From NCBI GenBank assembly GCA_046482725.1, contig JAWOEN010000036.1, positions 1-39,888 of the forward strand: DNA of 39,888 bases, read 5' to 3'. The position numbers and the translations under genes were made by a program. Each line of letters opens with the position of its first letter. The stretch's first letter is position 1. This DNA is from Candidatus Cloacimonadales bacterium (lineage in GTDB: Bacteria > Cloacimonadota > Cloacimonadia > Cloacimonadales > TCS61). Shown here piece by piece: positions 34,982 to 39,888 of the stretch. The notes under the pieces were generated by a model. The model did no database searches. It was given only the letters and a program-made list of their open reading frames with translations, and was not told the origin of the DNA.

Positions 34982-36415
34982 TTATTTTTTTTTGAGCTCA
35001 ACGCCTCTATGCTGCCAAAAATTTCGTAGCTGCTGAAGTGAAAAAAGCTGATAATTTCTTTTCCGGGCAATTTTATTGAGCTGCCAGTACAAGTTACCCC
35101 AGCCGGGATAATCTATCTTATCAAAAAGATGAGTGTGCCAAACAAAAGAGAGATGTGTTTGATGTAAGGCAGCAGTTCTTAGCAGCTCAGCGATCTTTCT
35201 TTTGGCTCGCCCCGCTTTGCCCTGCGCCAGACGATAAAGTGCTCGGTCGGTAACTGCTACCGGAATTTCCAAAACTCTAAAAGGACGATCTTCGGCTAGA
35301 TTATAAGGGTAAAAAGGATAAGAAATTCCAGCTCGAAAACCGATCGCTTCATAAAAGCCAAGGCTGCTGTCATAAGCTATCTTGGCTCGTTCCAGATTGG
35401 TAAAAAGCTTTTGGTAATTGCAGTTCAGGTAGCGAGTGCGAAAGCCCTGCACCGGCAAGCCGGATAATTTATCCAACTCTTTTTGCAGATAATCATATTG
35501 ATAGGCAGCTTCCTTGCTGCCTTGCAAATTGAGATTACAATTCTTCAAGCTCTGCAGCAATTCTGCCTGCAGCTGCTCATCGGCAAAATAGTTCATACGG
35601 CTGTCGGGAAATTTATCATAGGTCAGGATAAAGCAATCGGCAGCGCGCTGCTGCTTGCGGTTTTTGGCCAAAATATTTTGCATGACATAGCTAGAACGCC
35701 AATATTTCAGACCGAATTTATGCGTAAAAATCCTTAGCCATTTTTGCCAATTTTTATGGCTAAAGAATTTCTCTTTGCGCTCTTGCAAAGATTTTAGATG
35801 GTTCTCTGTCCAATATTGCCAATAATCGATATTGTGAGAAAGCGAAACAGCAAATTTCTGATCATTCCAGAGGTTCTGCAAATTGTATTCGGAAAAGAGT
35901 CTGGTGAGGATACTTTGTAAGATTTCACAATAGCGATCTACCACCGGAATCTCGGTGAAGCCTCGCTGAGATTGCAAACTTTCTTGATGCGGATAAAAAT
36001 GTTTGGGCTCTACCATTTTGGGCGCAGCATATTCTTGCCAGCAAGAGAGCCAATAAAAAGCGGAAGCGATAATATCTTTGCGCAGAAAAGCATTTTTGGC
36101 TGTATAATGCACGATCTCACCCGATAATGAAAAGAGAAAGGGAATGTATTCGTTGCCATATTTCACCAGATTCAGATCAACGCTTTTATACAATTTGCGA
36201 GCTGTAAAGAAATTGGCAGTTTCAGGATCGTGATAGATTTTCAGAGGATATTTGTCCTTGGTTCTTTCTCCATAATAGAGATGAATATCCTGCATGGTAA
36301 ATTCTGTAAAAAAGATTGGCTCTACTCCCAAGATCTGGCAGATAGTGCTAAAAGTATATTTTGCTTTGGGCAGAAAACTAGGTTTGATATTGAGGTAAAT
36401 ATGTAATTTTTCCAT
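34982..36415 (-). CDS. DUF7033-like / polysaccharide-deacetylase-family-like protein
   Basis: The N-terminus 'MEKLHIYLNIKPSFLPKAKYTFSTICQILGVEP' and 'DIIASAFYWLSCWQEYAAP...ESLQSQRGFTEIPVVDRY' resemble, from memory, a family usually annotated as polysaccharide deacetylase family protein. The start is set at ATG 36415, 1 nt after the upstream stop; the track's longer ORF overlaps that gene by 104 nt. Confidence 0.45.
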   Translation of the reverse strand: MEKLHIYLNIKPSFLPKAKYTFSTICQILGVEPIFFTEFTMQDIHLYYGERTKDKYPLKIYHDPETANFFTARKLYKSVDLNLVKYGNEYIPFLFSLSGEIVHYTAKNAFLRKDIIASAFYWLSCWQEYAAPKMVEPKHFYPHQESLQSQRGFTEIPVVDRYCEILQSILTRLFSEYNLQNLWNDQKFAVSLSHNIDYWQYWTENHLKSLQERKEKFFSHKNWQKWLRIFTHKFGLKYWRSSYVMQNILAKNRKQQRAADCFILTYDKFPDSRMNYFADEQLQAELLQSLKNCNLNLQGSKEAAYQYDYLQKELDKLSGLPVQGFRTRYLNCNYQKLFTNLERAKIAYDSSLGFYEAIGFRAGISYPFYPYNLAEDRPFRVLEIPVAVTDRALYRLAQGKAGRAKRKIAELLRTAALHQTHLSFVWHTHLFDKIDYPGWGNLYWQLNKIARKRNYQLFSLQQLRNFWQHRGVELKKK

Positions 36416-36416
36416 A

Positions 36417-37640
36417 TTACTCCTGATTCCTGATAATTTTAATCGCCTCGATCTGATAAGTCTTGCGGGCCGGATATAAGGTGGTGATGAAACTGATGAA
36501 AATAACCAGCAGAGGCACAAATATGAAATAGGCCAGCTCCAATTTCACCGGCAGCCAAACTAGCGGAAAGCCGGGAACCGGGATCGAGATAAAGGGTGAT
36601 ACCTGCTGAGTGATCAGCAGAGCCAAAGCCAATAAGACTCCGATCAATGTGCCCAAACTGCCCAAAATTGTCCCGATCAAAACAAAGATCTGCCAGATAT
36701 CTCGATCTGCCATACCCATCGCTTTCAAAACGCCAATCTCAGTTCGCTTTTCTGTTACCAATTTGATAAAGTTTCCGATCATATTGAATGATGCGATCAC
36801 GATCATCAAAGCCAGCACAAAAAACATCACTGCTTTCTCCAGCTTGATCGCATTGAAGAGATTTGCTTCAAATTCGCTCCAATCTTCCACCTGGTATTCA
36901 GCGCCCAACAGCTGCGAAATCTGCTGCGCCACTGCTGCAGACTTTTCCGGCTGATAGGTAGAGACCTCGATGCGACTTACAGCGTTGGGCTCGCCCAAAA
37001 AATATTGCCCGTTGGCCAGAGAGATATAAGAGTGCAAAGAATTGAATTCCGGTAAATCCGAGCTAATAAGGCCAACTACTTTCATTTTCTTGCTTTTGGG
37101 TAGCAAGCCCAGAGGAGTGGGTATCGTACCCAAAGGCGAACTGAGAGTTACATACTCGCCCACTGTCGCCTGCAGCTCGACCGACATACCCAAGCCCAGA
37201 ATTATCCCATCTTCTGCCAAATCTGCGGCCGTGGGTGCACCCACCACAATATTACCCAAGACCGGAGCTATCTTCTGATAATTTTGATAATTGACACCGC
37301 CCGCTATGGTCGAGACTATCTTTTGCTTTTTCTGCAACATCAGCTCGCTTTCGCAAATGGCGGCTGCGCCCTTTACCTGCGGCATCTGCTGCAAGCTCTG
37401 CACCAGCTGCTGATGATTTTCCACAGCGGCATAATCTTGCCGATAGATGCGGATCTCTGCTTTGGAGCCGATTACCCGTTTTTGCATATCCTCATCAAAG
37501 CCATTCATCACGCTGGAGACCACCAACAATGAGAAGACTCCGATAATGATGCCCGAGAGAGCCAACAGATTGGCAAAACTGAAAAATAGCTTGTGTCGCT
37601 TTTTTAGATAGCGCAGAGCAATCTTGATATTTAATCTCAT
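36417..37640 (-). CDS. Lipoprotein-releasing system permease, LolC/LolE family (FtsX/MacB-type ABC permease)
   Basis: 'IALRYLKKRHKLFFSFANLLALSGIIIGVFSLLVVSSVMNGFDEDMQKRVIGSKAEIRI' is the typical LolC/E N-terminus. The topology fits: TM1, a large periplasmic domain, then 3 C-terminal TM helices. 'EKRTEIGVLKAMGM' is the FtsX motif. Confidence 0.8.
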   Translation of the reverse strand: MRLNIKIALRYLKKRHKLFFSFANLLALSGIIIGVFSLLVVSSVMNGFDEDMQKRVIGSKAEIRIYRQDYAAVENHQQLVQSLQQMPQVKGAAAICESELMLQKKQKIVSTIAGGVNYQNYQKIAPVLGNIVVGAPTAADLAEDGIILGLGMSVELQATVGEYVTLSSPLGTIPTPLGLLPKSKKMKVVGLISSDLPEFNSLHSYISLANGQYFLGEPNAVSRIEVSTYQPEKSAAVAQQISQLLGAEYQVEDWSEFEANLFNAIKLEKAVMFFVLALMIVIASFNMIGNFIKLVTEKRTEIGVLKAMGMADRDIWQIFVLIGTILGSLGTLIGVLLALALLITQQVSPFISIPVPGFPLVWLPVKLELAYFIFVPLLVIFISFITTLYPARKTYQIEAIKIIRNQE

Positions 37641-37664
37641 AATCTCTCGCTTAGTTTCGGTCTG

Positions 37665-37693
37665 ATGCTAATAGTCAAAAAGCTTTTTGTCAA
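37665..37693 (-). promoter_or_regulatory. Candidate sigma70-type promoter for the LolC/E-like gene, overlapped by a 14-nt perfect palindrome
   Basis: On the minus strand the sequence reads TTGACA (37693-37688), a 17-nt spacer, then TAGCAT (37670-37665), about 25 nt upstream of the ATG. The palindrome caaaaagctttttg (37676-37689) fills the spacer. This is prediction by consensus only. Confidence 0.35.
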
Positions 37694-37932
37694 TTCTAGT
37701 TTCTCAGCTCTAATCCATTCTAACCTAATGCTACCTTTTTTCATTATCAATTCCTCAAAGATATTGAGCTTCCCAAACCTCATAATGTAGATTTTTAGAA
37801 ATTTTCTACCTTGTGGGATTAAGCAGGTTCTTTTAGCTCATCAACTTCTTTTCTACTATTCTTATTTTTTTATTGATACATAGTTTGAATGCTCGAAAGT
37901 TTGGTCAAGTCTATAATCTTATCGCTTGGCAT

Positions 37933-37964
37933 AATAAAACGGAGCAACCTTTCGGGCTACTCCG
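37933..37964 (-). terminator. Rho-independent terminator of lysS
   Basis: The minus-strand RNA cggaguagcc-cgaaa-gguugcuccg forms a 10-bp stem including 2 G-U pairs, followed by UUUUAUU. The two wobble positions are mismatches on the plus strand, which supports the minus orientation. It lies 30 nt past the lysS stop. Confidence 0.65.
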
Positions 37965-37993
37965 CCAATTTATCATACTTTCGAAAAGAGAAA

Positions 37994-39487
37994 TTATTCC
38001 GGTTTCATGGTGGGGAAAAGAATCACTTCTTTGATCGAGCGGTTATTGGTAAATAGCATCACCAAACGATCGATGCCGATTCCCAAGCCGCCTGTCGGTG
38101 GCATGCCATACTCTAGTGCTTCGATAAAATCTTCATCCACCACATTGGCTTCCACATCTCCCAGCTCACGCAATTTGGCCTGAGCTTCCAATCTGCTGCG
38201 CTGATCTTGCGCGTCATTCAGCTCGGTGAAAGCGTTGCCATATTCGTTACCATTGATAAAAAATTCAAATCTTTCCACCAATTTGGGCTGACCCGGCTTG
38301 CCTTTGGCCAAAGGTGAAACTTCTTTGGGATAATCGGTGACAAAAGTCGGCTGAATCAATTTTGGCTCCACATAGATGTCAAACAGCTCGGTAATCAATT
38401 GCCCGGCTCCGGCCTTGGGATCAAATTCGATTTTGTGCTCGCTAAAGAAAGCTTGGATTTTTTCCAGATCAAAATCAGCCGCATCAAAGCCGGTTTGTTC
38501 CTGGATCAGATCAGTCATCGCGGCTCGGCGCCAAGGCTTGGCCAACGAGATCTGCTCTCCGTCAAATTCGATACTATCAGTGCCAAAGATCTTCCGCGCC
38601 ATCGTGTAAATCATATCTTCGGTCAAGTCCATCATTCCGCTCAGATCAGTATACGCCTGATAGATTTCCACCGCTGTAAATTCGGGATTATGAGTTTTAT
38701 CCATACCTTCGTTGCGGAAATTTTTGCCGATCTCATATACTTTTTCAAAGCCACCCACGATCAGGCGTTTCAGATAGAGCTCGGTCGCGATCCGCAAATA
38801 GAGCGGAATATCCAAAGTGTTGTGATGAGTGACAAAGGGTCGAGCATTGGCTCCGCCATAAAGTGGCTGCAAAATGGGAGTTTCCACTTCCAAAAATCCT
38901 GCCGCATCCAGATAGCGGCGCATCTCACGCAGCATCTGAGCTCGCACCAGGAAGTTTTGCTTAATCTCAGGATTTAACAGCAGATCGAGATATCTTTTCC
39001 GATAGCGTAATTCCACGTCGGAAAATTCATCAAAACGCTCTTTTTTCCCATCGACTACTTTCTCTTTTACCACAGGAAGTGGCTTCAGGGTTTTCCCTAA
39101 AATTTTCACCTTAGAAGCTCGCACCGAATATTCGCCACGCTGAGTAATAAAGCACTCACCTGTAATTTGTACAAAATCGCCCAGATCCAAAAGCTTGAAA
39201 ATCTCGTAATTGGCTTCTCCCACAATATCTTTTTTCACAAATAACTGAATCTTGCCGCTGTCATCTGCCAAATTACCAAAACCCACCTTACCTTGACGGC
39301 GCATAGCGAGTAATCGCCCGGCAACCGTCACCACCTTAGATTCCGCAACAAATGCTTCCTGATTTGCCCGAAGTTGGTCTATCTTATGAGTTCTTTCTGA
39401 TAAGCCGGGATAGGGATCTACGCCCATTTCCTGCAGCTTGGCTAATTTCTGTCTTCTAACTGCCAGCAGTTGATTTGTGTTTTCCAT
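37994..39487 (-). CDS. lysS: Lysine--tRNA ligase, class II
   Basis: The N-terminal OB-fold region ('VTVAGRLLAMRRQGKVGFGNLADDSGKIQLFV') precedes the class II motifs ('YLRIATELYLKRLIVGGFEKVYEIGKNFRNEG', 'HNPEFTAVEIYQAY', 'PPTGGLGIGIDRLVMLFT'). The start is set at ATG 39487 because AGGAGA lies upstream; the track's extra 9 codons would include that Shine-Dalgarno sequence. Confidence 0.9.
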   Translation of the reverse strand: MENTNQLLAVRRQKLAKLQEMGVDPYPGLSERTHKIDQLRANQEAFVAESKVVTVAGRLLAMRRQGKVGFGNLADDSGKIQLFVKKDIVGEANYEIFKLLDLGDFVQITGECFITQRGEYSVRASKVKILGKTLKPLPVVKEKVVDGKKERFDEFSDVELRYRKRYLDLLLNPEIKQNFLVRAQMLREMRRYLDAAGFLEVETPILQPLYGGANARPFVTHHNTLDIPLYLRIATELYLKRLIVGGFEKVYEIGKNFRNEGMDKTHNPEFTAVEIYQAYTDLSGMMDLTEDMIYTMARKIFGTDSIEFDGEQISLAKPWRRAAMTDLIQEQTGFDAADFDLEKIQAFFSEHKIEFDPKAGAGQLITELFDIYVEPKLIQPTFVTDYPKEVSPLAKGKPGQPKLVERFEFFINGNEYGNAFTELNDAQDQRSRLEAQAKLRELGDVEANVVDEDFIEALEYGMPPTGGLGIGIDRLVMLFTNNRSIKEVILFPTMKPE

Positions 39488-39703
39488 AAAAATTATTATC
39501 TCCTGTTTTTTCAATAAGTTCTGATTATTTGAGGCTGGTTTTTATGTCAAGTAGAGGCGTGGAGAAAGGGAAAAGATCAAAGAAAAAAGTAAAAGAACAC
39601 AGAATAAAGAGATCCGCCTATGCAAAGAGTAGCAAGCAGATTATTGCTACGGTGGACAAGAAAGAAATCCGCCTACGCCCGATACTCGGGTCTTCGGCCC
39701 GAC

Positions 39704-39740
39704 AAGAAAGAAAAAAATGGAAGGCAGTAGTGATCTTGAG
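39704..39740 (+). repeat. Copy 1 of an imperfect direct repeat (..agaaaaaaATGGAAGgcagtagtgatcttgag)
   Basis: It matches 39854-39888 apart from one substitution and two 3-nt indels, read directly from the sequence. The two copies are about 150 nt apart. Confidence 0.7.
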
Positions 39741-39836
39741 CTGGGCAGTGAGGCTTGTGCGCCCACTGGCGCATTGGGCTGATCTTCTAAATGTTGGAAA
39801 AGAGAAGAATTTATCAACGAACCCCCGAAATCCAAA

Positions 39837-39864
39837 GAAAAAAGAAAAAAGAAAAAAGAAAAAA
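39837..39864 (+). repeat. Heptanucleotide simple-sequence repeat (gaaaaaa)x4
   Basis: G residues at 39837, 39844, 39851 and 39858 are each followed by six A residues. The tract abuts ATG 39865. The equivalent position in repeat copy 1 (39710-39716) holds a single unit. Confidence 0.9.
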
Positions 39865-39888
39865 ATGGAAGTCGGCAGTAATTTTGAG
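39854..39888 (+). repeat. Copy 2 of the imperfect direct repeat, truncated by the window end
   Basis: aaaagaaaaaaATGGAAGtcggcagtaattttgag, to be compared with 39704-39740. Confidence 0.7.

Noticed and set aside
36416-36520. 35-codon N-terminal extension of the 34982 ORF overlapping the LolC/E gene
   Set aside because: The extension ('MCLCWLFSSVSSPPYIRPARL...') overlaps the 3' end of the well-supported permease gene. The internal ATG at 36415 starts 1 nt after that gene's stop and begins a family-like N-terminus.
39488-39514. 9-codon N-terminal extension of lysS (MKKQEIIIF)
   Set aside because: It would translate through the AGGAGA Shine-Dalgarno sequence that is correctly spaced for ATG 39487. 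Lysyl-tRNA synthetases typically start close to the 'LAVRRQKL' helix.
39647-39835. 62-aa minus-strand ORF in the terminal region
   Set aside because: It starts at a TTG and lies on the pyrimidine-rich strand, where stops are depleted in several frames. No SD or family resemblance is present.
39812-39836. tRNA/tmRNA T-arm-like 'gggggttcg' on the minus strand
   Set aside because: No complementary CCCCC follows to close the T-stem, and no acceptor or D-arm context exists on either strand.
39600-39888. CRISPR-like array at the right edge
   Set aside because: The repeats are imperfect, purine-rich, irregularly spaced (about 46, 55 and 150 nt) and of different sequence classes. There is no cas gene and no regular repeat-spacer periodicity.
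1-39888. Mobile element, prophage or defence island
   Set aside because: I saw no integrase, transposase, recombinase, terminal inverted repeats, tRNA attachment site, or nuclease, helicase or toxin-like genes. The accessory character of the window is explained by the glycan locus.

Overview
39.9-kb AT-rich bacterial chromosomal segment using the standard code (TAA, TAG and TGA all serve as stops). G+C is about 40% by eye and was not computed. Wza-like, OmpA-like and LolC/E-like genes indicate a diderm envelope; the phylum cannot be assigned from sequence alone.

Layout:
(i) 1-2958 (+): two paralogous TagB/TagF-type glycerophosphotransferase genes flank an OpgC-like membrane protein.
(ii) 2891-29891 (-): a ~27-kb, 22-gene exopolysaccharide locus, all on one strand and tightly packed, with many 1-, 4-, 8- and 11-nt start/stop overlaps. 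It encodes a priming phosphoglycosyl transferase, GT26, GT2, about six GT4-like enzymes, a Wzx-like flippase, a Wzy/O-antigen-ligase-like protein, a Wza-like exporter, a Wzc/PCP-like co-polymerase, a PEGA-OmpA lipoprotein, ManA, an LruC/DUF4114 lipoprotein and a metallophosphoesterase.
(iii) 30023-32278 (-): class II (B12-dependent) ribonucleotide reductase with its own terminator.
(iv) 32817-34859 (+): an orphan 680-aa secreted protein.
(v) 34982-39487 (-): a DUF7033/deacetylase-like gene, a LolC/E-type permease and lysS.
(vi) 39544-39888: a purine-rich, repeat- and hairpin-containing tail cut by the window end.

I saw no rRNA, tRNA, CRISPR array, transposase, integrase or recognisable phage-defence gene.

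The best candidate for something undescribed is regulatory. The polysaccharide locus carries its own partner-switching module: a 1199-aa TM-PAS-PAS-GAF-GAF-PP2C-RsbW-like sensor at the head of the operon, and a lone STAS protein with an intact DSSGLG site. No sigma factor is present. The STAS gene sits between the bona fide priming transferase and an unusual GlmU-like/LbH/PGT-like fusion protein whose catalytic signatures appear broken. This resembles Vibrio fischeri Syp (SypA/SypE) logic in a very different domain arrangement, and it suggests a post-translational switch acting on the priming step. All functional calls rest on motif recognition by eye; no database search was run.
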